Origin: Bacteroidia bacterium | GTDB taxonomy: Bacteria; Bacteroidota; Bacteroidia; NS11-12g; UBA9320 | Direction of reading: 5' to 3' | Assembly: GCA_965216465.1 (NCBI GenBank) | Contig: CBDCFW010000006.1 | Location: forward strand, 608,001-672,000 | DNA length: 64,000 bases | In this document: one piece after another, positions 50,777 to 58,686 of the stretch | Layout: each line of letters opens with the position of its first letter | Position numbering within the stretch: the first letter of the stretch is position 1 | Program-made: the position numbers and the translations under genes | Notes under the pieces: model-generated | The model's input: only the letters and a program-made list of their open reading frames with translations | Databases searched by the model: none | What the model was told of the DNA's origin: nothing

Positions 50777-51493
50777 ATGGAAACAGAAAAGCTTTTTAAC
50801 GAAATGAAACAACTACGCCTGTTACTAGCTAAAGTTGTTGGCACACAAGATTTGCCAAAGAGAGAACAATTCTCAAAAGAGGCCATTAAAAAAGCCTCTT
50901 TAGAATTTCGTAAACTCCAGACGGAAAGGGGTGAATGGATTGAAGACTATGAAATCTCCAAAGTCATACGGTCAGCAGGTTTCAGATCCGGAAGATTTAT
51001 CATTGAGAAGTTCGGATTCAAAAACTACTTCAAACGGGGACACCAATACTTTTTTAACCGAAAGGATCTAATGGCCCTAAACAAAGAACTAAAGGCACGA
51101 AAAATCCATTTGGGTACTTACATGAAGTTGGAAGAGGACAAAGAGAAGTTTCACAAATTTCTTAGCGAATTAAAACAAGGAAAGAAAAGACGTCCAAAGT
51201 ATAAAATTCCAGAGCAACTAGAAAATATATGCACTCAACCTTACAATCATCCTCCTAAAGAAAAGGTCTTGAAGCATCTAGATGATTTGATGCAGGAGTT
51301 TGAGAAGGACAAATTGGTAGAATTTATTGACATATTCCAGGAGTCATACGCTATGGTAAAGCACATCTATCACTTTGATCGTTACATCGACCCTTCAATA
51401 AGAAGAAAATGTAACAAATGGTGTTTTGAATACAACTATGCTCAGAATGCTCTTGCAGAAATCAAGAAAATTCGCAGTGAGATTATTTATTAG
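50777..51493 (+). CDS. Basic hypothetical protein, possible excisionase-like DNA-binding protein
   Basis: EWIEDYEISKVI...YFKRGHQYFFNRKDL resembles an Xis wHTH pattern; its upstream region shares motifs with the island arms. Confidence 0.55.
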   Translation: METEKLFNEMKQLRLLLAKVVGTQDLPKREQFSKEAIKKASLEFRKLQTERGEWIEDYEISKVIRSAGFRSGRFIIEKFGFKNYFKRGHQYFFNRKDLMALNKELKARKIHLGTYMKLEEDKEKFHKFLSELKQGKKRRPKYKIPEQLENICTQPYNHPPKEKVLKHLDDLMQEFEKDKLVEFIDIFQESYAMVKHIYHFDRYIDPSIRRKCNKWCFEYNYAQNALAEIKKIRSEIIY

Positions 51494-51820
51494 TTGATTT
51501 TGAACCTATATTGGATATATAGTCATCCTAAGTTTTTAAGTGGTTTAATGAATATCTAAAGGATATCTGATACTTCCAATTATTTACTTGTCTGGTTATA
51601 TTAAATGATTGGCTCACAATACTTATCCTAACTACCATACACCTCCTCAAATACAAACGGTAGAGAGAAATAAAACTAGGACTGAACTAAATTGGGACAA
51701 TTGATGAACCCCTATCTGATGAAAGATAGATGATGCCCCAATGTACACTTCCACGAACACAATGGCATCAATGTGGTTGAATATACATCTCAACATGATT
51801 AAACACTTTAAATTTGTACC

Positions 51821-52705
51821 ATGTTCTATAGGCGAAAAGTAATTCTTGCATTGATTGAGTTAATGGGAGGAGAAATTGAAAAACTCCGCTTTCAAAAACT
51901 CCTCTTTTTGTATAGTCAAAAAAAGTCCATGCCTGAATATGATTTTGTGCCATATAAGTTTGGGTGTTACTCATATTCGGCAAAGGCTGATTTGAACACA
52001 ATGGTCAAAAAAGGAATCTTGTATGAAACAGAAAAAGGTTACAATAGAACTGACCAGGCTAAATACTTTAAACAATTGAAAGTTAAGGATCAAGAAGTGT
52101 TGAAAGATGTTGTGGCCGATTATGGCAGTATGAGCAGTAACACTTTAATCAAACACACATACATTAACTTTCCATTCTATGCTATTCATAGCACTATTGC
52201 TCAAGAAGTGCTACCAGATAGCTTGTACGAACGAGTTGAAAAGGCCCGTCCAGCAAGCGATAAAAAAGCCTTATTCACCATCGGTTATGAAGGAATTTCT
52301 CTGGAGAAATATTTCCAAAAATTGATTCTAAATGATGTGAAAGTTCTAGTAGATGTTCGCAGAAATCCGTTAAGTATGAAATTTGGCTTTAGCAAGAAAA
52401 GGCTAAAGAGTTATTGTAACAGTCTCGGAATAGAATACATACATATTCCAGAAGTTGGGATTCCCTCAGACATGCGTCAGCAATTGAGTTCTCAAGAGGA
52501 TTATGATAAGCTCTTTGCCCTTTACAAAAAAACCACGCTCGATGAGACGGAGAAATCTCAAAAAGATATTCTGGCATTGCTTGAAAAGTATGAACGAATA
52601 GCATTAACCTGCTTTGAAGCAAACCACTGTCAATGCCATAGATCGCACTTAGCCAATTCTATTGAAAAGCTACCGCATTTTGAATCTGAAGTAAGACATA
52701 TTTAA
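51821..52705 (+). CDS. N-terminal wHTH (SocA/Panacea-like) fused to DUF488
   Basis: QKLLFL...FVPYKFGCYS N-domain; FTIGYEG...LVDVRRNP.S...GFSK...YIHIPEVG...LTCFE...CHR DUF488 motifs. Confidence 0.85.
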   Translation: MFYRRKVILALIELMGGEIEKLRFQKLLFLYSQKKSMPEYDFVPYKFGCYSYSAKADLNTMVKKGILYETEKGYNRTDQAKYFKQLKVKDQEVLKDVVADYGSMSSNTLIKHTYINFPFYAIHSTIAQEVLPDSLYERVEKARPASDKKALFTIGYEGISLEKYFQKLILNDVKVLVDVRRNPLSMKFGFSKKRLKSYCNSLGIEYIHIPEVGIPSDMRQQLSSQEDYDKLFALYKKTTLDETEKSQKDILALLEKYERIALTCFEANHCQCHRSHLANSIEKLPHFESEVRHI

Positions 52706-52707
52706 TA

Positions 52708-53520
52708 ATGCCTCTGACCAAAGTCCTGATCACTGTAAAAACTTATCCAACATTATCAGCTAAGTATGATGAACTGGTTTGCACTGCAGGGTTTCGTGAA
52801 GATGGCACTTGGATAAGGATATACCCAATTCCTTTCCGAAAAAGGCCTTATGATCAGCAATACAAGAAGTATGATTGGATCGAGCTCGATTTGGTTAAGA
52901 ACACAAGCGACTTCCGACCAGAAAGTTATCGGCCAAGATCAATCGACACAGAAATAAAAGTTGTTGGTCACCTTGACACTTCAAAGAACTGGTCAGAAAG
53001 GAAACAGTGTTGCCTTGGAAAGGTGTATTACAATTTATCTGAATTAATTCAAGAAGCGAAAACACGAGAAACCTGTACTTCACTAGCGGTATTTAAGCCC
53101 ACCGAGATCCTCGACTTCTACGTGGAATCGGTAGACAAAGAGTGGGACTCCAAAAAGCTAGATGCTTTGCGGCAAATGAACTTGTTTGAGACGAATAAGG
53201 ATGGGCAATTTGAGGTGGTTAAAAAGTTACCATACAAGTTCAAATTTAAATTCAAAGACAATCAGGGAAAAGTTAGTAATACCATGATAGAGGATTGGGA
53301 GACTGGTCAGCTATTTTGGAACTGTTTAGCAAGACATGAAGGTAACGAAGCTAAAGCAATAGCAGATGTGCGCAAAAAGTACTTTGATGATTTTTCACTA
53401 ACAAAAGATTTGCACTTCTTTCTCGGTACAACTCAGAAACACCATCATGTTTCTCTAAATCCTTTTGTAATTATCGGAACATTCCACCCGAAAATAGAGA
53501 GGCAAATGAAGCTTTTCTGA
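52708..53520 (+). CDS. DUF488-partner protein (putative OB-fold nucleic-acid-binding)
   Basis: VKTYP...VCTAG...WIRIYP...D.RPES...SLAVFKP...IEDWE...FFLGT; 2-nt gap after the DUF488 gene. Confidence 0.7.
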   Translation: MPLTKVLITVKTYPTLSAKYDELVCTAGFREDGTWIRIYPIPFRKRPYDQQYKKYDWIELDLVKNTSDFRPESYRPRSIDTEIKVVGHLDTSKNWSERKQCCLGKVYYNLSELIQEAKTRETCTSLAVFKPTEILDFYVESVDKEWDSKKLDALRQMNLFETNKDGQFEVVKKLPYKFKFKFKDNQGKVSNTMIEDWETGQLFWNCLARHEGNEAKAIADVRKKYFDDFSLTKDLHFFLGTTQKHHHVSLNPFVIIGTFHPKIERQMKLF

Positions 53521-53578
53521 AAATCTTAAATCTAAAAGCACACTTTAGAGAAACCTCCTCCAATTTTAAAGGAACCCA

Positions 53579-53639
53579 GTGTCAAAACGTGACATCAAAT
53601 GACAACAGGTATACCTCTGGCTTGCAAGAACCTTGCAAC
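53579..53639. promoter_or_regulatory. Right arm-like recombination motif block
   Basis: GTGTC..GTGACA..TGACA..ATACC..GGCTTGCAAGAACCTTGCAAC; same orientation as 38717-38777. Confidence 0.65.
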
Positions 53640-53686
53640 AAAAAAAGGGTTACAACTGTTGAAAGTCATAACCCCTTGATTTTCAG

Positions 53687-53760
53687 TGGGCCCACCTGGG
53701 CTCGAACCAGGGACCACCTGATTATGAGTCAGGTGCTCTAACCAACTGAGCTATAGGCCC
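53687..53760 (-). tRNA. tRNA with CAT anticodon, most likely tRNA-Ile2 (lysidine) rather than Met
   Basis: GGGCCTATAGCTCAGTTGGTTAGAGCACCTGACTCATAATCAGGTGGTCCCTGGTTCGAGCCCAGGTGGGCCCA folds as a cloverleaf; C4/C5 acceptor pairs fit TilS substrates; CCA not encoded. Confidence 0.93.
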
Positions 53761-53837
53761 GCGGAAGTATCCTTCCAAAAGGGCTGCAAAAATAGCGTCC
53801 ATTTTGGATTCAACAAATTAAAATGTGACCGCAAAAT

Positions 53838-55721
53838 CTATGATTTTGGAGCTTCCCAGCCCAAGATTTCGTCTATCGTATTGTAGCTCACCGAATGATA
53901 TCCAGGTCTCGCTTTTTCGTATACACCCAAAGCCCATGCTTTATTACTCTCCGACTGCGCCAATCGCTCATACAACGGTTGCAAGAATTTACGTCTACCA
54001 ACTCGAATTAAAAAGTCTTCTAAAGCAGGATAAGCATCCTCGTAATTGTGCTCAATACAATGCTTAAACCAGTCACAAGCAATTTCCGAATTCCCTGTTT
54101 GGGTTAAGTTGTAATGCTCATCCAAATCTTTCAACTTGTCAGCATTCATGTTTTTCAATCCTCTTAAGAAGTACAACCAATGATGTGTAGTATATCCTGC
54201 CGTATCTAATTCTTCAGCTGTCATTCTTCCGTTGCTAAACTTAGCTATAGCCAGTTCAACACGATCCAATTCGGTAGAAAATGGAACAGGTGCATTGCTA
54301 GGTAATCCTGGACCATAAATCCAGTCGTCAACCAACACCTTATCATACTCTTCTTGATCTGTTAATAAATGCGCCTTTAGATAATCAATAAACTTCTCAG
54401 TTGTCATGGGTTTAAATGCATTTTCAGTGAAGTATTGCTTCAAAAATGCATCAAAACGCTCTCTGCCCACCGTAGCTTCCACTGTTTGTAGGAAGAATCT
54501 TCCTTTTTCGTAAGCTACATCTGTTAGACCATCATCTGGGTCTCTTCCTTCCAAATTGAGGTACAAACGGGTATCGTCAGCAGCACCATCTGCAGTTAAT
54601 CTTTCTATGGTATGCTCAAGATCACCCATACCCAGCTTAGTCAACATTTTCTCGTAATCAGACCCGAAGATCTTCTCCATGATTCGTTGTTCAAAGTATA
54701 CCGTAAACCCTTCGTTCAACCAGAAATCATTCCACGTTTCATTGGTAACTAAGTTTCCGCTCCAGCTGTGTGCTAACTCATGTGCAATTAGGGCAACCAA
54801 GCTTCTGTCACCTGCAATAATGGTTGGTGTTGCAAAGGTTAATCGTGGATTCTCCATCCCTCCAAAAGGGAAACTGCTCGGTAAAACGACCACATCATAG
54901 CGATCCCAGATATAAGCACCATACAATGCTTCGGCGCTGTCAATCATACTTTGCATGCTTTCAAACTCCCAAACGCATTTTTCAATCATGCTCGGTTCAG
55001 CATATACTCCAGAATTTCTTCCTGTAGATCTAAACTCAAGGTCACCAACGGTAAGTGCCATGAGATATGAACTCACTGGTTGATCCATTTTGAAGGTATA
55101 AACGCCATCTTCCGTTTTTGTAGTTCCGTTCTCTGCACTCATCAAAGCCATCAATTCTGGATCCGTTTTAATGGTTGCGTCGTACGTGAACTTAACTCCT
55201 GGGCCATCTTGACAAGGAATCCAAGTACGAGCTAATATAGCCTGCGACTGGCTAAACAAGTATGGATGAACTTTTCCGAAAGTCTGCTCCGGTGATAACC
55301 ACTGAAGTGCATCTGCAGTTGAATCAGTCGTGTACTGAATGGTAACACTCTTGGTCGAGGGCTTAATATCTATTTCTAAGGCTTGACCGAAATGTCCTTT
55401 TTCTTCACCTAGTGTATATTTTGCCTCATCTCCATTGTCTAAAGTAACCTTTTCAATAGACAGTTTTCTAGCGTCTAAAACCAGCTTTTTGGTCTTTTTA
55501 AAGTTATCCAGATCAAGGCGAGCAGTTCCGCTTAAAACGTGTTTGTCAAAATCTACGTTTAAATCTAGACTCAAATGGGTCATTTTTATCTCATCAATGT
55601 TGGCATACGAGTGCGGATCCGGACCCAATGCTCCATTTGATGAGTTATCATCGTTACTCGTTGTATTACAGCCACTTATGATTAAAATAGTTGCAATTAG
55701 AGTGTAAAATAAATGCTTCAT
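53838..55721 (-). CDS. M1 family aminopeptidase (leukotriene A4 hydrolase-like), lipoprotein
   Basis: FPFGGMENP, AHELAHSW...WLNEG and YEKG motifs; ISGC lipobox. Confidence 0.95.
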   Translation of the reverse strand: MKHLFYTLIATILIISGCNTTSNDDNSSNGALGPDPHSYANIDEIKMTHLSLDLNVDFDKHVLSGTARLDLDNFKKTKKLVLDARKLSIEKVTLDNGDEAKYTLGEEKGHFGQALEIDIKPSTKSVTIQYTTDSTADALQWLSPEQTFGKVHPYLFSQSQAILARTWIPCQDGPGVKFTYDATIKTDPELMALMSAENGTTKTEDGVYTFKMDQPVSSYLMALTVGDLEFRSTGRNSGVYAEPSMIEKCVWEFESMQSMIDSAEALYGAYIWDRYDVVVLPSSFPFGGMENPRLTFATPTIIAGDRSLVALIAHELAHSWSGNLVTNETWNDFWLNEGFTVYFEQRIMEKIFGSDYEKMLTKLGMGDLEHTIERLTADGAADDTRLYLNLEGRDPDDGLTDVAYEKGRFFLQTVEATVGRERFDAFLKQYFTENAFKPMTTEKFIDYLKAHLLTDQEEYDKVLVDDWIYGPGLPSNAPVPFSTELDRVELAIAKFSNGRMTAEELDTAGYTTHHWLYFLRGLKNMNADKLKDLDEHYNLTQTGNSEIACDWFKHCIEHNYEDAYPALEDFLIRVGRRKFLQPLYERLAQSESNKAWALGVYEKARPGYHSVSYNTIDEILGWEAPKS

Positions 55722-55892
55722 ATTATAGTTCTAGCGACAAAAAGATGGATTTATTATTAAACCACAAAATCCTGTCTGTAATTATTTAATTACCGCAAGT
55801 TTATCTTGTTTAACCCGAAAAAATGTGTATTTTCGTTGACCTTTTGAAAAAAGCTGTGCCTCTTTTGGCAGGCTTTTTGAATTTTGTTCAAT

Positions 55893-56765
55893 ATGAAAAA
55901 GATACTTCTTACACTGCTTACACTTGGCTTTTTTGGTTTCTATTCTAATGCTCAAACTTGGGACGATGCAGGTGACTCTTGGGATTCAGGAGATACTTGG
56001 GACGATTCAGGCGATAGCTGGGATGATGCCGGAGGAGACTACGACTATGACCCTGGTGCTGGTGCTGGAACCATGAGTGATTCTGCATCTAGTGATGATG
56101 GCTGGGGCGATGATGATTCATGGGATGACAGCAGCTTTGATTTTGGAGGAGGAACAGATGAATATGTTCGTTCTGCAAGACCTAAAGCTGAAGCAAGACC
56201 TTATGAAAGATTTACAGGTATGCCTTACGATTCCGCTACGGAATTGGTAACCTTTGTTGAAATTGTTGAAGTAATTGTTCCCGACAGATTTCTTGATCTA
56301 GGAGGAGACGATTACTCGCTTTCTGATTCACTGTACGAAAGAGCCCGCGTTTGGATGGCCAAACAGTTCGGTGAAAAAGAAGCAAAGAAAATGATTGAAG
56401 AAGCTGGCGACGATGAGACCGGAAGAGAGGGTAAAACCATCAACGCCGTTGTTGTTATGCCTTTAGTTATTCAGCACAACAAATACGCAAAATCAAACGC
56501 CGGAATTATCCAGTTTGATATGGAATTGCGCTTTAAAGACGAAAGATATCGTTACAAGTTTAACAACTTTGTTCATGTTACTCCGAGCACCACAAGTGGT
56601 AAAGATGATGTAAGAACCTATATGGAGTACTACATGACTGCTAGAGATAATGTTCGAGGCAACGACGAAATATTAATGGCAACCAACGATCAAATGAATC
56701 GTTTAATAGACGGCCTGAAAAGCTCATGCGCTGCCGTTCCGTTTATCGACGACGACGATTGGTAG
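55893..56765 (+). CDS. Exported protein with an acidic W-D-D repeat N-terminus and a DUF4468-like C-terminal domain
   Basis: Signal peptide; WDDAGDS/WDSGDT/WDDSGDS repeats; LYERARVW...FKDERYRY. Confidence 0.7.
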   Translation: MKKILLTLLTLGFFGFYSNAQTWDDAGDSWDSGDTWDDSGDSWDDAGGDYDYDPGAGAGTMSDSASSDDGWGDDDSWDDSSFDFGGGTDEYVRSARPKAEARPYERFTGMPYDSATELVTFVEIVEVIVPDRFLDLGGDDYSLSDSLYERARVWMAKQFGEKEAKKMIEEAGDDETGREGKTINAVVVMPLVIQHNKYAKSNAGIIQFDMELRFKDERYRYKFNNFVHVTPSTTSGKDDVRTYMEYYMTARDNVRGNDEILMATNDQMNRLIDGLKSSCAAVPFIDDDDW

Positions 56766-56784
56766 TCAGCTTAGAGATTTTATT

Positions 56785-56812
56785 AAAAACCTGCTTTCGA
56801 GCAGGTTTTTTT
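56785..56812. terminator. Bidirectional intrinsic terminator
   Basis: AAAAACCTGCT-TTCG-AGCAGGTTTTTTT between convergent genes. Confidence 0.85.
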
Positions 56813-56879
56813 GTTTATAAGAAATTCTACCAAGGGGATTACCCTCGGTCAATTGAAGTCAACAAATTAATCCCGCTAA

Positions 56880-57308
56880 TTACTGCTTAAAGATTTCTAC
56901 ATGCTTTAAGACAAATTCCATGTCGGTGAATTTGCCCTTGAATTTAGTAGCCTTTACAATGCTGTTGTCAATCCAATGGTAGTTACCTCCTCTTGGTTTG
57001 CCATAAAGTACTCCATGATGCTTGAAACCATGCTTGTCAAGCCATTTTTCAGTAACTTCCTTGTGTTCGGCTGTTCTACTAGTGAAGAAGGTAATTATAT
57101 GTCCTTCCTCGTACCACTTGTTTAAAGTCTCCAAAGCATCTGGATAAGGCTCACACGTCGCCATTCGTTCAGGATGCTCGTTGGGTACATCTTCGGTAAT
57201 GGTCCCGTCGATGTCGACTAAGTAGTTTTTAACGTCAGATGCCAATTCTGGGCTTATGAGATTTCCATTTTCATCATAAAGCTTGTTTAATTTATGTTTG
57301 CTAGACAT
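56880..57308 (-). CDS. HAD-superfamily hydrolase (small, cap-less)
   Basis: VDIDGT, FTSR, GKP and WID motifs. Confidence 0.85.
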   Translation of the reverse strand: MSSKHKLNKLYDENGNLISPELASDVKNYLVDIDGTITEDVPNEHPERMATCEPYPDALETLNKWYEEGHIITFFTSRTAEHKEVTEKWLDKHGFKHHGVLYGKPRGGNYHWIDNSIVKATKFKGKFTDMEFVLKHVEIFKQ

Positions 57309-57312
57309 ACCT

Positions 57313-57714
57313 CTACAAAATTACCTCAACTTCTTGATATTCCGCCTCAAGTTTAAAACGTTCGAGCTCATTTTTGATGATTTCGGCTATTTTACTGAGC
57401 ACTATGGCATCATCGAGAAAACCAAAAGCCAAAATGAAATCCGGTATCAAGTCAAACGGATTGACAAAATATAGCAATCCAGCAACTAAGTAGATCACGG
57501 TTTTAGTTGTTGGCTTAAATGAGCCGGTAAAATAAGCCTTCATCATTTTCATAAAGGTTCTCAAGTTTTCAAGAAGTCCTGAAGGCAGCTTGCTCTTCTT
57601 GGCACTCGCCTTGGCTTCTGAATCATTAAACACCTTGGTAATTGCTTCTTTGTTTTTATAGATACTCGAAGCAACCTTTACAGCCTTCTTTAAAGTTTTT
57701 ATTTTTGTCTTCAT
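57313..57714 (-). CDS. YkvA/DUF1232 family protein
   Basis: LLYFVNPFDLIPDFILAFGFLDD. Confidence 0.92.
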   Translation of the reverse strand: MKTKIKTLKKAVKVASSIYKNKEAITKVFNDSEAKASAKKSKLPSGLLENLRTFMKMMKAYFTGSFKPTTKTVIYLVAGLLYFVNPFDLIPDFILAFGFLDDAIVLSKIAEIIKNELERFKLEAEYQEVEVIL

Positions 57715-57726
57715 ATAAATAAATCC

Positions 57727-58629
57727 GTGTTAAGCACACCCAATACTAAACAAAAAGCGTACCTACAATTACATATCGCCGTAATTCTATTCGGCATAAC
57801 CGCAATTTTGGGCAAGTTAATAACTTTAGATGAAATAGCTTTAGTATGGAACCGGCTATGGATTGCCGTTTTAGGCCTGCTTTTCATCCCCGGAGCTTAT
57901 CGCGGCATTCGAAACATAGGGAAAAAACAGCTATTAAGGTTCATTGGGATAGGAGTTATCGTTGCTTTGCACTGGATTACCTTTTATGGAAGCATTAAAC
58001 TTGGGAATAATGCATCCATAACCCTGGCATGCCTAGCGACCACATCACTTTTTACTTCAGTGCTCGAGCCGTTAATTACCAAATCCAAGTTTCAAATGCT
58101 TGAGTTGTTTCTTGGTTTGTTGGTTATTGTCGGTATTCTATTCTTGACCGGTGTTGGTGAAGCCTATTACATGGCCATCGTAGTTGGCTTAACTTCAGCA
58201 GTTTTGGCTTCGATATTCTCTACGTTTAACAAGAAGTACATTGAAAATCAAAATTCGATTTCGGTATCGATTGTAGAGCTCTCTTCTGGTTTTATATTTA
58301 TTAGTTTGATGTTTCCTCTTATTCAAGAGTTCATCCCGCAAAACGCCTGGATTCCGAGCTCAAAAGACTGGATTTACCTTATTGCCCTTGGCATATTTTG
58401 TACGAGTGTTGCCTATGTACTAGCCCTGAATGCACTCAAACAGTTATCAGCCTTCATCTCAACCTTAAGTGTAAACCTCGAACCGGTATATGGCATTTTA
58501 TTGGCCATTTGGTTGCTAAATGAGGACCAAGATCTGAATACCGAATTCTACTTAGGAACCGGAATCATCCTTTTCTCTGTACTTCTTCATCCTATCTTGA
58601 CCAAAATGCTCAAAAAGAAGCAGAGCTGA
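57727..58629 (+). CDS. DMT/EamA family transporter
   Basis: ~10 TM segments in two repeats; NLEPVYGI. Confidence 0.9.
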   Translation: MLSTPNTKQKAYLQLHIAVILFGITAILGKLITLDEIALVWNRLWIAVLGLLFIPGAYRGIRNIGKKQLLRFIGIGVIVALHWITFYGSIKLGNNASITLACLATTSLFTSVLEPLITKSKFQMLELFLGLLVIVGILFLTGVGEAYYMAIVVGLTSAVLASIFSTFNKKYIENQNSISVSIVELSSGFIFISLMFPLIQEFIPQNAWIPSSKDWIYLIALGIFCTSVAYVLALNALKQLSAFISTLSVNLEPVYGILLAIWLLNEDQDLNTEFYLGTGIILFSVLLHPILTKMLKKKQS

Positions 58630-58686
58630 TATCATTTTTGAATTTGCTTACGGCTTAAACACCAACTTATTTACCTTTGCACACTT

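Larger units (their letters stand above)
38599..53728. mobile_element. tRNA-integrated genomic (defence) island, ~15.1 kb, no integrase visible
   Basis: Flanking 43-bp direct repeats of the tRNA 3' half; shared sub-terminal motifs; nuclease and RM cargo; internal IS. Confidence 0.92.

Noticed and set aside
55847-55879. Riboswitch or attenuator hairpin (AAAAAGC..GCC..GGCAGGCTTTTT) before the 55893 gene
   Set aside because: The leader is short, the stem is imperfect and no aptamer is recognisable
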